From Dehalococcoidia bacterium (GTDB lineage Bacteria > Chloroflexota > Dehalococcoidia > Bin125), in NCBI GenBank assembly GCA_963662615.2, contig CAXXSR010000001.1, positions 384,001 to 448,000 on the forward strand: a DNA stretch of 64,000 nucleotides, read 5' to 3'. Positions 18,838 through 28,800 of this stretch are shown here, piece by piece (position 1 is the first letter of the stretch; the number at the start of each line of letters is the position of its first letter). The notes under the pieces were generated by a model. It had not been told where the DNA came from. It made no database searches and was given only the letters and a program-made list of their open reading frames with translations. Made by a program: the position numbers and the translations under genes.

Positions 18838-19416
18838 TCACCGTTGCCGGCCCTCGATGGCCGCCAGCAGGATCGCAGCGGCCAACACCAGCCGCCGGTC
18901 CAGCGGACTTCTCTGTTCGATGGTCACGTCCAGCTTGTAGACGAACGGATTGAAGCGCTGTCGCAAGGTGGCGTGCAGCACGCCGTCGTCGCCCTTGACG
19001 TGGAACGTCTGGGGAATGAGGTTCGAGACGAAGCGCCGCAGGAGCGCCTTGAACTGACTGTCCTCCTGCACCCTGGCGAGGAGCCGGTCGTGCTCGTCCA
19101 GAAGCTCCCAGGAGTCGCGCAGGATCGATCGGAATCCCTTGCGGCGGGCCGTGCCGACCGCGGCCCCGGTGGAGACGTCGAGAATATCGTAGGCGGCCGA
19201 GAAGTCGATGATCTGCCGAGCATGAATCGCCAGCAATTCTTCGCTGGCCGACTCGTCGGTGTAGAGGCGGATGTCTTCCTTGAGCTTGAACGCCTTCTGC
19301 TTGCTGAACCCGACGACCCGGCCGGCCGGATCGTAGACCTGAAAGCTGGCCCCGAACAGCTTGAACACCTTGCGGCGAATCGTGAAGCGGTCCAAGCGGA
19401 ACGTGTCGGTCGCCAT
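18838..19416 (-). CDS. LURP-one/scramblase-like protein
   Basis: RRKVFKLFGA..., KQKAFKLKEDIR, ARQIIDFSAAYD, RRKGFRSILRD.W, DRRL.LAAAILL.AIEGRQ. Confidence 0.8.
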   Translation of the reverse strand: MATDTFRLDRFTIRRKVFKLFGASFQVYDPAGRVVGFSKQKAFKLKEDIRLYTDESASEELLAIHARQIIDFSAAYDILDVSTGAAVGTARRKGFRSILRDSWELLDEHDRLLARVQEDSQFKALLRRFVSNLIPQTFHVKGDDGVLHATLRQRFNPFVYKLDVTIEQRSPLDRRLVLAAAILLAAIEGRQR

Positions 19417-19654
19417 GGGCCTTACACCTCTGTCCAGGGGGCAATACCGTCTTCGACCGCCAGCTTGCCGCTCGTCACCTTCCCCACGGTAATGCTCCCA
19501 CGCCCCCGCGTCGCGCAGCGCGGGCCCGTCCGGCTTCCAGGCAGCGCAGGGTGCCACTCGCGAAGTGGTTTGAGAAGACTGCCGGTCCGATGCGCGTGGA
19601 AGTTCGGACAAGCGGGCTTTGATATCGGATCGCATTGCGACGACCCTGGCGCCC

Positions 19655-20596
19655 ATGTTCCGCAGCGCGTTCCTGGCGATTGCCGCGCTGGTCCTGATGG
19701 CCGCGTGCTTCGGCTTGAGCGAGGCCGAGGAGCGTTACAACGAAGGGGTCGAGCACAGCGAGGACGGGCGATGGGAAGAGGCCATTGGGGAGTACGACGC
19801 GACAATCGAGCTCGACCCTGAGTTTGTTGATGCCTACGTGAACCGCAGCAGCGCCCACAACTATCTTGGCAATTCCGATCAGGCCCTGGCCGATGCGAGC
19901 CGCGCGATCGAGCTTGACGCCGACGTCGTGGAAGCCTACGTGAACCGCAGCAACGCCCACATCAACCTTGGCCATCCCAGTCGGGCCCTGGCCGATGCAA
20001 ACCGCGCGATCGAGCTCGACCCCGACGTCGTGGACGGCTACGTGAACCGCAGTGTCGCGAACTTCGACCTCGGCCATCGAGACGAGGCGATCCGCGACGC
20101 GAGCAGGGCGATCGAGCTGGGATCGGACGACATCAATATCCTGGCGCGCGCCTATCTGGCCCGCTCCGTCGCCTGGGATGACCGCTACGAAGAGGCCCTG
20201 GCCGATGACAATGCGGCCATCACGCTGGAGCCGACCGACGTTAATTTCCTCGCGCAAGTTCATATGAGCCGCGCTTTCCACCTGTCTGCGCTGGGACGAG
20301 ATGATGAGGCGGTCAGGGCCGCGACCGCAGCGATCGATCTCCAGCCGGACGATGTCAATATCCTGGCGCGAGCGCACTTGTTCCGATCAGCCGCCTTGGG
20401 TGACCGCTACGAAGACGCGCTGGCCGATGACGACGCGGCGATCGCGCTTGAGCCGACCGATATCAGTGTCCTCCGGCAAGCCCACTTCAACCGCTCGCTG
20501 GACCTGATGGGCTTGGGACGAGACGCTGAAGCTGCACTAGCCCTTGCCAAGGCTTGCGAGCTGGGACTTGATGGTGCCGCGTGTGCTGAGCCGTAG
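19655..20596 (+). CDS. TPR-repeat lipoprotein
   Basis: MAAC lipobox; repeated AIELDP...AYVNRS..A..D TPR units. Confidence 0.9.
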   Translation: MFRSAFLAIAALVLMAACFGLSEAEERYNEGVEHSEDGRWEEAIGEYDATIELDPEFVDAYVNRSSAHNYLGNSDQALADASRAIELDADVVEAYVNRSNAHINLGHPSRALADANRAIELDPDVVDGYVNRSVANFDLGHRDEAIRDASRAIELGSDDINILARAYLARSVAWDDRYEEALADDNAAITLEPTDVNFLAQVHMSRAFHLSALGRDDEAVRAATAAIDLQPDDVNILARAHLFRSAALGDRYEDALADDDAAIALEPTDISVLRQAHFNRSLDLMGLGRDAEAALALAKACELGLDGAACAEP

Positions 20597-20877
20597 CCCG
20601 ATTTGGGGTGTGCGAGTCGACGGAGGGTTGGAGGGCTCGCGAGCTTTGGCGTACCGTCCGGTGTCAACGCCGTAACTCGGGACTTCGAAGCCAGGCAGCC
20701 GTCAGCGGTCGTGAACGTGTGGACGTGCGCGCTTCGTCAGCTCTCTCTGCGACCGCCCGAGGAGATCGCGATCGGCGGCGCGCGAGAGGGGCCCCACCAG
20801 CATCACGGCCGGCCCCCGCTCCCTGCCCGCGCCGTCCCCGTCCTCCCGACGTTGACAGCAACGCCGGTGAGGCGGGC

Positions 20878-22044
20878 CTACTGGAGCGTCGCGGTGGCGA
20901 AGGTGACCGAGAAGGGTTGGCAGTAGATGACGGCGACGCGGAAGATCGTGGGATCGACGCCGGCGGGGACGTCGTAATTGACGAAGCCGTTGGTGGCCTT
21001 GACCTTGCCCAGGTCCAGGGCGCCGTCGGCGTGAACGTCGCCGTCGGGATCGGGGGTGAGGTAGACGTGCAGGTCCGGGCCGTTCTGCACGGAGTAGTCC
21101 TGGAAGCGCAAGATCAGGTTGCCTTCCGGCCCTTGCACGAGGAGCACGTCGCCGCTGCCGGTGTGGAAGGCGTCGACGCCCATGAGCTCGCCGCGGGAGA
21201 TGAGCGTGCCGGTTGCCTCGGGTGTGGTGTCCGTTCCTCCTTCGACAGGCACAGGACGAAGGGAGGGTTCGGCAGCAGGTTGCCCCGCGACAGGCTCAGG
21301 ACGAACGGAGGGCTCGACGGTGCCCTCGGGCTCGAGCCTCTCCGGCGCTGCGGGCTCGACGGTGGCTTCTGCCTCGACGGTGCCCTCGGCTTCGAGCATC
21401 TCAGGGATTGTGGGGACGGCGTCGGCTCGCCCTGCGACAGGCTCAGGACGAGCGGTGGGGGCGGGTGCGGCGGCGGCGACGGTCGGCTGCTCGAGCCCCT
21501 CCACCGAAAAGGCGAGGCTCTCGTTGAGCGTTTCGCCTTCGTCGAAGAGGGGTTGGAGGAGCCAGACGGAGAGGACGACGATGCCGGCCACGGCTCCCGC
21601 CGAGAGGATGCCGCCCATGCCCCAGAGGATCGGATAGCGCCGTGGCCCGAACTGTCGCAGGCGCTCCCGGGGTATGCCACCGGAGAGCTCGACAGCGACG
21701 GCGGCGACGACCAACGAGGCCGCGGGGATGAGGAGCGCGTGGATCAGGAAGATGCCTCCGGCAAGGGCGAGGGCGGCGAGGGCGAGGCGAAGGACGTGCG
21801 GGCGGGGCCAAAGTGCGGCAACGGCGATGGCCGTCGCGGCAAGGGCGCCGACGCCGAGGAGCACTCGGAGCGCATCCCCTTCGATGCTGGTGACGCGGAT
21901 GGGCCCCTCGCGCAGGAAGTCGGTGACGACCTGGGAGCTGAGCACGATGATGGCGGCGGTCAGGCCGGCGATCGCCGCCAGGGCGAGCAGAGCGCGCCGG
22001 GTGCTCTCCGTGCGCTGGGGCGATAGGAGAGGGTTCGTGGTCAT
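20878..22044 (-). CDS. Membrane protein with C-terminal DM13 domain
   Basis: N-terminal TM helices, Pro/Glu linker, H.GSG.V...NGPDLHVYL...DLG..K...G..NY..P...IYC..FSV.FA.A.L. Confidence 0.88.
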   Translation of the reverse strand: MTTNPLLSPQRTESTRRALLALAAIAGLTAAIIVLSSQVVTDFLREGPIRVTSIEGDALRVLLGVGALAATAIAVAALWPRPHVLRLALAALALAGGIFLIHALLIPAASLVVAAVAVELSGGIPRERLRQFGPRRYPILWGMGGILSAGAVAGIVVLSVWLLQPLFDEGETLNESLAFSVEGLEQPTVAAAAPAPTARPEPVAGRADAVPTIPEMLEAEGTVEAEATVEPAAPERLEPEGTVEPSVRPEPVAGQPAAEPSLRPVPVEGGTDTTPEATGTLISRGELMGVDAFHTGSGDVLLVQGPEGNLILRFQDYSVQNGPDLHVYLTPDPDGDVHADGALDLGKVKATNGFVNYDVPAGVDPTIFRVAVIYCQPFSVTFATATLQ

Positions 22045-22313
22045 CGTTGTCCTCGTCGCAACTCTGGAGAGCGCTGGGGCTCAGGACGGTCGCAGCGGGC
22101 ATCCAGGCTCAGCGTTTCAGCCTCGGGCCCGATGCGAATCGTTGTGAGGCTCAACGGCAGCATCTCAAGCTATTCTTGCCGATTTCTTGCGCCGGTGCGA
22201 CGCATTGGCTCCGCGATGGGCCAATTGTCGCGGGCGTTGCAGTTCAAGTGCCTTGAGGTGAACACCAGCGATCGCCGGCCAGCGTCCAAGCATCGCGGCG
22301 GGCTTGCATCGAT

Positions 22314-23363
22314 CTACGTGGCGACGCCGACCTCGTTGGCGACTTCCTGGATCTGCCGCCAGGTCTCGTCGTCGATGGGGATGCCGTCGCGGCCGCGCTC
22401 CGTCGCGGTGCGGTGCTCGGGTTCGCCGGGCACCAGGATCTCCGTGAAGCCGGGTGCGTAAGGCGGAGTCTTGACGTAGTCCACGAGGGCGGCGAAATCG
22501 CGCTGGAACTCCTCCACCGGCGTGAAGGCGGCGATGTTCACGGCCAGCAGCCAGATGGCGTTGTCGCCGAACTCTTTGGCATTGGGCCCGGAGCAGCCGG
22601 CGCCCGAGAGCGCACCGGCGAGCGCCTCGACCATCAGCGCCAAGGCAAAGCCTTTGTGGGCGACGTTCCCGCCCATGGGGAGGACGGCCCCTTTGGGCGG
22701 GCCGAAGAAGTCGTCGGCCGTTTGGGCGGGCGAGCCGTCGGCCTTGATCGCCCAGCCGTCGGGGAGGGGGGCGTCCAAGTTCTGCTTCACGCGCAGCTTG
22801 CCGATGGCCACGACGCTGGCCGTCATGTCCACGAGGAACGGTTGGGCCGGCCGCCCGGTGGGGACGGCCATGCTGAAGGGGTTTGGCGACGTCCGCGCTT
22901 CGATGCCACCGTAGGGCGCCATGGACTGCCCGCCGCCGCTGTTGTTCACGGCCGCCATGCCCAACAGGCCCGCCGCCGCGATCATCTCGGGATAGGCGCC
23001 GACGCGTCCCACATGGGCGCAGTCGGTTGCGGTGACCATGCCGATGTTCGCTGCTTGCGCCTTGGCGATGGCCAGATCCGTGGCCTTGCGGGCCGTGACT
23101 TGGCCGAAGTTGTGATGGCCACGGACAACAGCCGTGATGGCGGTCTCGCGCTCGATGGTGATCTCGGCGCCGGGGCGGAACTGTCCCGCCTTGAGCCGCC
23201 GCACGTATTGGGGGATGCGGAGGACGCCGTGGGAGTCGTGGCCGGCGAGGTTGGAGCCAATCAGGTGCGCGGCGAGTTCCCGCGCGTCGCTCTCCGGCAC
23301 GTCCAGAGCGGTGAAGATGTTGACCGTCAGCTCGCGCAGATCATCGGGCATGATGGTGGGCAT
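22314..23363 (-). CDS. Ldh_2-family (malate/L-lactate/ureidoglycolate-type) oxidoreductase
   Basis: GHDSHG, GQV, HVGR.GAY, NP.S.A.P, DM..S..A.GK, HKG..LA...E.L.GAL, PGEPE. Confidence 0.92.
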   Translation of the reverse strand: MPTIMPDDLRELTVNIFTALDVPESDARELAAHLIGSNLAGHDSHGVLRIPQYVRRLKAGQFRPGAEITIERETAITAVVRGHHNFGQVTARKATDLAIAKAQAANIGMVTATDCAHVGRVGAYPEMIAAAGLLGMAAVNNSGGGQSMAPYGGIEARTSPNPFSMAVPTGRPAQPFLVDMTASVVAIGKLRVKQNLDAPLPDGWAIKADGSPAQTADDFFGPPKGAVLPMGGNVAHKGFALALMVEALAGALSGAGCSGPNAKEFGDNAIWLLAVNIAAFTPVEEFQRDFAALVDYVKTPPYAPGFTEILVPGEPEHRTATERGRDGIPIDDETWRQIQEVANEVGVAT

Positions 23364-23530
23364 CGCGTTCCTCCGGGCTGCAAGATACACGCAGGCCGGG
23401 GGAGCGTCGTTGGGCGTGGTGACGGCCTGGGGACGGTCGAGCGTTGAGCGTTGTCGCTGGGCGCAGTGGGCGGAAGCCGGGGCGCGCCGGCGCAGCGGGG
23501 CTGGGGGAGGCGAGCGTCGGGCCGCGACGA

Positions 23531-24868
23531 TCAGAGGCCGATGCCGAGGCCGACCCCAATGACCGTCGTGATTAGGTCGCCGAGATCGGGGAGGAGCAGG
23601 TCGCCGACGTCGGGCAGGAGGACCCCGTTGAGCGTGGCGATCCCCGTGGCGAACGAGAGGCCGAGTTCCTGCAGCGCCTGCGCCGACACGGGGGAGAGCG
23701 CGGGCGTTTCGGCGACGGTATTGACGAACTCGGCGGTGGCGTCGAGAGCGGCGGTGTAAGTCCCGGCGCTGAGCTGGCCGATAATGGCGTCGAGGCTGGC
23801 CTGGATGCTGCTGACTGAGGCCTCGTCGTCCGTGCACAGGCTCACGAGCGCCTTCGTGCTCTCCAGGGCGGCGAGCACCGCCGCGAGATCCGGCGTGCCG
23901 ACCATGATCGACGTGCGGGCGGTGAGCCCGTTGCTGGTGACGTCCACCGCCGTCGCGCCGGCCGCGACGTCCGCCGGCAGGGCGACCTGCACGGCGTTGC
24001 CCCCGCAGATCAAGGTCGCCTCGCTTTCGACGCCTCCCACGGTCACAGACGGAGTCGCGCCGAAGTTGTCACCGCGAAGCATGAAGACGCGGGAGGCTGC
24101 GGGGTCGATGACGGCCGGGAGGACGTCGTCGATGACGGGCCCACCCACGAACGGCTCAAGCGGCCACGTGGTTGGCCGCGTAGTGACGGCCCAGAGCACC
24201 GCGTAGCGGGGGAGGGCGTTGAGGGTGTTCAGGATCTCGGGCGCTCCGCGCCTGAACGATCGGTACGTCTGGCTGGCGGGATCCAGGTAGAAGAGAGAGG
24301 TGACGGGGGCGAGGTCGGGAAGTTGCGCCAGGGCATCCGCGGGGCTGAGACCGTTGGGGCCCAGGTAGGGGATCAAATTGAAGCCCTGGGCCAAGGGGAG
24401 CGTTTGCGCCGGGTACGGAAGCGCCGGCCCACCCCACGTGCTGGGGCGGTCCAGCAAGAGGAAGAGCGCCTGGTTGGAGTGCAGGCGGCTGAGCGTATTG
24501 AGGAAGGCCGGCCCGTTCCGCCAGACGTTGAAGCGATCAGTGTCGGGGTCGTAGGCGAAGATCGCGGCGAGGGCATCCGGATCTGCGAGGCCGACCGCGA
24601 TCGTCCCCGCGTCGGCGCCGTCCGGGCCGCTGTAGGTGAAGCCGTTGAAGCCCTGGAAGAGGGCGACGGTGCGCGGACCTGATGCGGCTGCTATCTGCGA
24701 GTCCTGCTGCGTTCCGTACGAATCCTCCGAGATAGTGGCAGCGAGCGCGGAGGGCGCGCGCACGAGAGCCGACACGCCCAGGAGCAAGGCGATCACGGCC
24801 GCGATCAGGAGGAGGGAGAGGGGCTTCGGTAGACCCTTGGTTGCGGGAACGTGCAAGCGACCGTCCAA
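23531..24868 (-). CDS. Secreted protein with two GFN modules and an IPT/TIG-like domain
   Basis: Signal peptide (exact start uncertain); modules ~24450-24672 and ~24180-24410; PVIDDVLP...GDNFG..VTVGG. Confidence 0.72.
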   Translation of the reverse strand: MDGRLHVPATKGLPKPLSLLLIAAVIALLLGVSALVRAPSALAATISEDSYGTQQDSQIAAASGPRTVALFQGFNGFTYSGPDGADAGTIAVGLADPDALAAIFAYDPDTDRFNVWRNGPAFLNTLSRLHSNQALFLLLDRPSTWGGPALPYPAQTLPLAQGFNLIPYLGPNGLSPADALAQLPDLAPVTSLFYLDPASQTYRSFRRGAPEILNTLNALPRYAVLWAVTTRPTTWPLEPFVGGPVIDDVLPAVIDPAASRVFMLRGDNFGATPSVTVGGVESEATLICGGNAVQVALPADVAAGATAVDVTSNGLTARTSIMVGTPDLAAVLAALESTKALVSLCTDDEASVSSIQASLDAIIGQLSAGTYTAALDATAEFVNTVAETPALSPVSAQALQELGLSFATGIATLNGVLLPDVGDLLLPDLGDLITTVIGVGLGIGL

Positions 24869-24979
24869 TCGAGACCGGGCCGTATTCCGGCGATGCTCCC
24901 AGAGTTCACCGCGTCGCTTGATAGACCCTCGATGGGGTCCGTCGTGACGACCGACGCGGCGGCGAGTGAGGGCACTGCC

Positions 24980-25372
24980 TCAAGACGGGAGCTGGTCGAG
25001 GCGGCGGAGGAGGGTCGTGGGGCCGGACACGGTGGCGCCCAGGGCTTGGACGCGCCGGCGTAGCTCGCGGTCGGAGGTGACGACGCAGAGGGAGGGGGGC
25101 GAGGGATCGGCGGCGACGGCCTCGACGATGCGGTCGTCGGCGGCGTCGCGGCCGAGCCGGCGGGCGTAGAGCACGCGCAGTCCTGCCTGCTCCCCCTCCG
25201 GGACCTGCGGAGAGGGGCGCCCGTCCAAGACGACGATCATCTCATCGCCGGTGGCGGCGACGAGGTCGCCCAGCCGCTCGATCAGGCGGGCGGCGGCGCC
25301 GTCGCGGTCGCGCCACCAGCCGGTAGGGCGGGAGCCGATGACGTTCATGGCGTCGATGAGGAGGCGGGCCAT
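24980..25372 (-). CDS. NYN/YacP-like PIN-domain protein
   Basis: LLIDAMNVIGSRP.GWWRDR, V.LDG, ADD.IV, VVTSDREL. Confidence 0.88.
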   Translation of the reverse strand: MARLLIDAMNVIGSRPTGWWRDRDGAAARLIERLGDLVAATGDEMIVVLDGRPSPQVPEGEQAGLRVLYARRLGRDAADDRIVEAVAADPSPPSLCVVTSDRELRRRVQALGATVSGPTTLLRRLDQLPS

Positions 25373-25424
25373 CGGATCATCGTAGGTGCTGAGGCATCGG
25401 CGCCGGCAGCATGCTGGGGCGGGG

Positions 25425-25830
25425 AGAGCCGTTCGCCCCTTCGACAGGCTCAGGACGAACGGTTTTTTCGCCCGCGCTCGCGACTCGTGTGGGCCAACGC
25501 GGCGTTCGCATCCGCTCGCGCCGGGGTTCGATGATCAGGACGATGTCGGCGCTCTTCGAGCCTTCGTCCTTCCCGCGGGGAAGGATCAGGGCAGGCGGGC
25601 TTCCTTCCGCGCCGCGGAAGGACTGATCGCCTTCCCAGGAGAGAAGGACAGGTCAGGGTGAGCGGCTTGCGGCGCCGGCAGCGTGCTGGGGCGGAGAAAG
25701 CCGTTCGCCCCTTCGTCCTTCCCGGGGGGAAGGATCAGGACAGGCAGGCTTCCTTCCGCGCCGCGGAAGGACTGATCGCCTTCCCAGGAGGCAAGGACAG
25801 GTCAGGAGGAACGGTCAGGGTGAGCGGCTT
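25425..25830 (+). repeat. Mosaic REP-like cluster with internal duplication
   Basis: CCCTTCGACAGGCTCAGG, T-tract unit variant, and two copies of TCCTTCCCG..GGGAAGGATCAGG..CAGGC..GCTTCCTTCCGCGCCGCGGAAGGAC. Confidence 0.85.
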
Positions 25831-25883
25831 GCGGCGCAGCGCGGCGGATGGGGGGCCGGGGAAAGGAAGCGGTGGGGGGAGGG

Positions 25884-25919
25884 AAAAACGAGGGGCGGGG
25901 CCGGGAGGCCCCGCCCTTT
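25884..25919 (-). terminator. Intrinsic terminator of 25940..26203
   Basis: GGGCGGGGCC-TCCC-GGCCCCGCCC stem followed by CTCGTTTTT on the minus strand. Confidence 0.75.
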
Positions 25920-25939
25920 GCGAACGCCACGGCCGGTGG

Positions 25940-26203
25940 TTAGACGCCCAACTCGCAGGTGCCGTTGCCAAGGTCAACGGCCTCGTCGAGAATCACGTCT
26001 CCGTGCTTGGCCATATGGGTAGGAGCCGAGGACGGCCTAACGTCGATGATCTCTCCAACGTCACTGGCGCTGTCGAAGTGGCAGATGGTGGCCTTCTCGG
26101 CGTGGCCGAACGCATTCGCGTTGCCGGCGAGGGCCACGCCGGGAATCATCGCGCCGCCGACCAGGGCGGTGGCGAAGACGAGGCCAATCAACTTCCTTTT
26201 CAT
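25940..26203 (-). CDS. Small secreted protein with KxTICH...H..HGD...G.C motif
   Basis: AAAGGA RBS, signal peptide, KATICH and HMAKHGD...GTC. Confidence 0.75.
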   Translation of the reverse strand: MKRKLIGLVFATALVGGAMIPGVALAGNANAFGHAEKATICHFDSASDVGEIIDVRPSSAPTHMAKHGDVILDEAVDLGNGTCELGV

Positions 26204-26890
26204 GACGAATTCCTTTCAAGTAGAGCTGCTGTTGGTCGCTCGTCCTTGAGCGGGTTTGCCGCGTACTTGCGGTTTATGGAGTTCAGGGGGCGCTAGGGCC
26301 CCGTTTGTTGCGCGGCCGTCACGAGTATTCGAGGAGGATCACGCCGTCCTTTCCACTGCCTTCTGGGGCGCCTGCCTTGCGGGAAACGCCTGTGTTGCCG
26401 GATCGTCCGGCTTCATCGCCATTGCTGATGCCACTGCCCCGATTCCGCCTCCGGGAGCGCCATAGGGCCACGTCGTTGACGCTGGAACTGCTTCCCGCGT
26501 CGTTGGCGTGCAAATGGCCTCGGGCGGGCAAGCAGGGCTCAGGCTTGAAGGAGCGCGTGCCGGGGTCGCTCGGCGCGGATGCGCGTCGGATCGCAGGGGA
26601 AGGGCAGGCCGGGCGCCTGCGGCGAAGCCGGGCAGCCATCGTTCACGTACCTCCGTGCGATGCTCGACGCTGCCGTCCTGCGTCTCTGCGAGCAGGGCCA
26701 CCGTCGGTTTTCGCTGCGGCGGCCACTTGCTGGGGTCGCGGTACCCCTCGCCGAATAGACGCGCGCGAGGGGCCGGTCGTTACGTTCTTCCCCGCACTTT
26801 TCTCGAACCGGCGCGCCGACTCCTGCGCTGCGACTCCTGCGCACAGTGGCTCCTTCGCGTTGGCGACGAGCCGGGCGCTCGCGGGGTCAG

Positions 26891-27150
26891 GGGAGGGGCC
26901 CCGAGCCGGGGGCCGGCAGGGAGCGTACGCTGCCCCCGGTGGGGCGGGAGTCTTTTGGGCGCGCAATCATTTGGTAAGAGCGATGGAGGACAATACGCGG
27001 GAGGATAGGCGCAGACCGGCGACGGCGGACAGGGGGACGGCAGGGCGATGAGTCCCGGAGCGCAGCGACTCGGGCGAGGCCTGCGGCACCGGCGGGCGCT
27101 GATGCTGGTGGCGGGGGTCGTCATCATCGCGCTGGGCGCCGCGGCGTGCG
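26891..27150 (+). repeat. Copy 1 of ~260-bp leader plus signal-peptide duplication
   Basis: Aligns by eye with 28540-28800. Confidence 0.88.
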
Positions 27151-28523
27151 CAGGTGACGGCACCAGCCCTGCCCCCTCGGACCCGGCGGCAACGTCGGGC
27201 CCGCCGCCGCCAGCCGTCACGGCGACGGACGCGCCCGATCCCCTCTCGTCGCCGTCGGAGCCGCTGGAGCAGCTCGAGCCGCCGGAAGCGACCAACACCA
27301 GGACTGAGGCGCCGCCGGCTGCAGCGGATGCGGTCGCAGAGGCGGTTGCGCCGGCGGTTGCTCAGGCGGTTGCGCAGGAAGGGGGCCGGGCCCCCCTGGC
27401 CGACGACGGGCGCCGGATCATCGCCGGGCTGGACACCACGCTTCGCTCCGTGGATCTCGAGGACATTGAGTTCGACCTCTATCCTGCCAAGGTTTCGCTC
27501 GCCGAGGCGTCCGAGCGCGTCGTCCGTGAGATGGTCGATGCGATCCCCCCGCTCGACTCCGCTCTGGACCTCCTCCCGCCCGCCGTGCGAGCGCGCGTGG
27601 GCAGCGTTCGCTACATCACGGCTGGGGAGGCGGATTTCCTTACGGCCGAGGCCGTGGTCGTGGGCTACGTGGCGGATGACGGCCAGCCCTACGCCTTCTC
27701 GCTCGGAGTGCTGCGCAACCACGAACTCGTCAACGACACCCTTGGCGGGCGCGCGGTCCTCATCTCCTACTGCCCGCTCTGCCGCAGCGCGGTGGTCTAC
27801 GACCGCGTGGTGGACGGGCGGTTGTTGACCTTTGGCAATACCAGTGCGCTCTACCAGAACGACATGGTGATGTTCGATCGCCAGACCAACTCGTACTGGT
27901 TCCAGACCGGTGGTGAGGCGATCATCGGGCCGTTGACGGGGAGCCGCCTCGCGGTGCGGCCGTCGCAACTGGCGCCATGGGAGTCGTGGCGGCGCCTGCA
28001 TCCCGACACGCTCGTGCTCAGCACGGAGACCGGGTTCGTCGCCAACTACAGCGAACGCGGATCCCCCCTGTACGCGACGTTCGTGAGTGCCGGACACCTC
28101 CCTTTTTCTGTCGATGCAGAGATCCTGGCCGACACCCAGCTCGACCTGGCGGAACTGGTGCTGGGTCTAGAGGTGGGCGGAACCGCCCGCGCCTATCCGC
28201 TCGATCAGCTGGGGACGGCAGCGGTGAACGATGCGATCGAGGGCCAGGCCGTCGTCGTCTTTGCGTCCGCGGACGGACCCACCGGCGCCGCCTTCGACCC
28301 GACGGTGGAGGGACGGCGCCTCACGTTCGATGCGGATGGGGACGCTTATCGCGATCGCGAGACGGGGTCGCGGTGGAGCCTGAGCGGCCAGGCGATCGCG
28401 GGACCGCTGGCGGGCCACCAGCTCACGCCGCTACTGGCGCGGACGGCGTACTGGTTTTCCTATCTCAGCGCCTTCCGCGACGCAACCGTGGCGGGACAGG
28501 AGGGGCCCGCGGACGAGGAGTGA
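27048..28523 (+). CDS. DUF3179 domain lipoprotein
   Basis: AAAC lipobox; DAIPPL, HELVND, SYCPLC, FGN.S.LY.N..VMFDRQT.S.W.Q..G. Confidence 0.9.
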   Translation: MSPGAQRLGRGLRHRRALMLVAGVVIIALGAAACAGDGTSPAPSDPAATSGPPPPAVTATDAPDPLSSPSEPLEQLEPPEATNTRTEAPPAAADAVAEAVAPAVAQAVAQEGGRAPLADDGRRIIAGLDTTLRSVDLEDIEFDLYPAKVSLAEASERVVREMVDAIPPLDSALDLLPPAVRARVGSVRYITAGEADFLTAEAVVVGYVADDGQPYAFSLGVLRNHELVNDTLGGRAVLISYCPLCRSAVVYDRVVDGRLLTFGNTSALYQNDMVMFDRQTNSYWFQTGGEAIIGPLTGSRLAVRPSQLAPWESWRRLHPDTLVLSTETGFVANYSERGSPLYATFVSAGHLPFSVDAEILADTQLDLAELVLGLEVGGTARAYPLDQLGTAAVNDAIEGQAVVVFASADGPTGAAFDPTVEGRRLTFDADGDAYRDRETGSRWSLSGQAIAGPLAGHQLTPLLARTAYWFSYLSAFRDATVAGQEGPADEE

Positions 28524-28539
28524 GCCCGGCCGCGATCTT

Positions 28540-28800
28540 GGGAGGGGCCCCGAGCCGGGGTCCGGCTGGGAGCGTACGCTGCCCCCTGGAGGAGCGGGAG
28601 CCTTTGGCGCTCGCAATCATTTGGTTAGAGCGGTGTAGGACAATACGCGGCGAGATAGGCGCGGGCTTGCGACGGCGGAACAGGGGACGGCAGGGTGATG
28701 AGTCCCGGAGCGCAGCGACTCGCGCGAGACCTGCAGCAAGGCCAGGCGCTGACGGTGGTGGCGGCGGTCATGATCATCGCGCTGGGCGCCGCGGCGTGCG
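28540..28800 (+). repeat. Copy 2 of ~260-bp leader plus signal-peptide duplication
   Basis: Aligns by eye with 26891-27150. Confidence 0.88.

Noticed and set aside
20608-22026. 472-aa plus-strand ORF
   Set aside because: Antisense to the DM13 gene; no recognisable motifs.
26230-26270. c-di-GMP-I riboswitch (GGCAAACC on the minus strand)
   Set aside because: The GNRA-capped P2 and downstream GACGCAAAGC elements are missing.
27760-27790. Selenocysteine in the DUF3179 protein
   Set aside because: The motif is encoded as Cys (CPLC) with no in-frame TGA.
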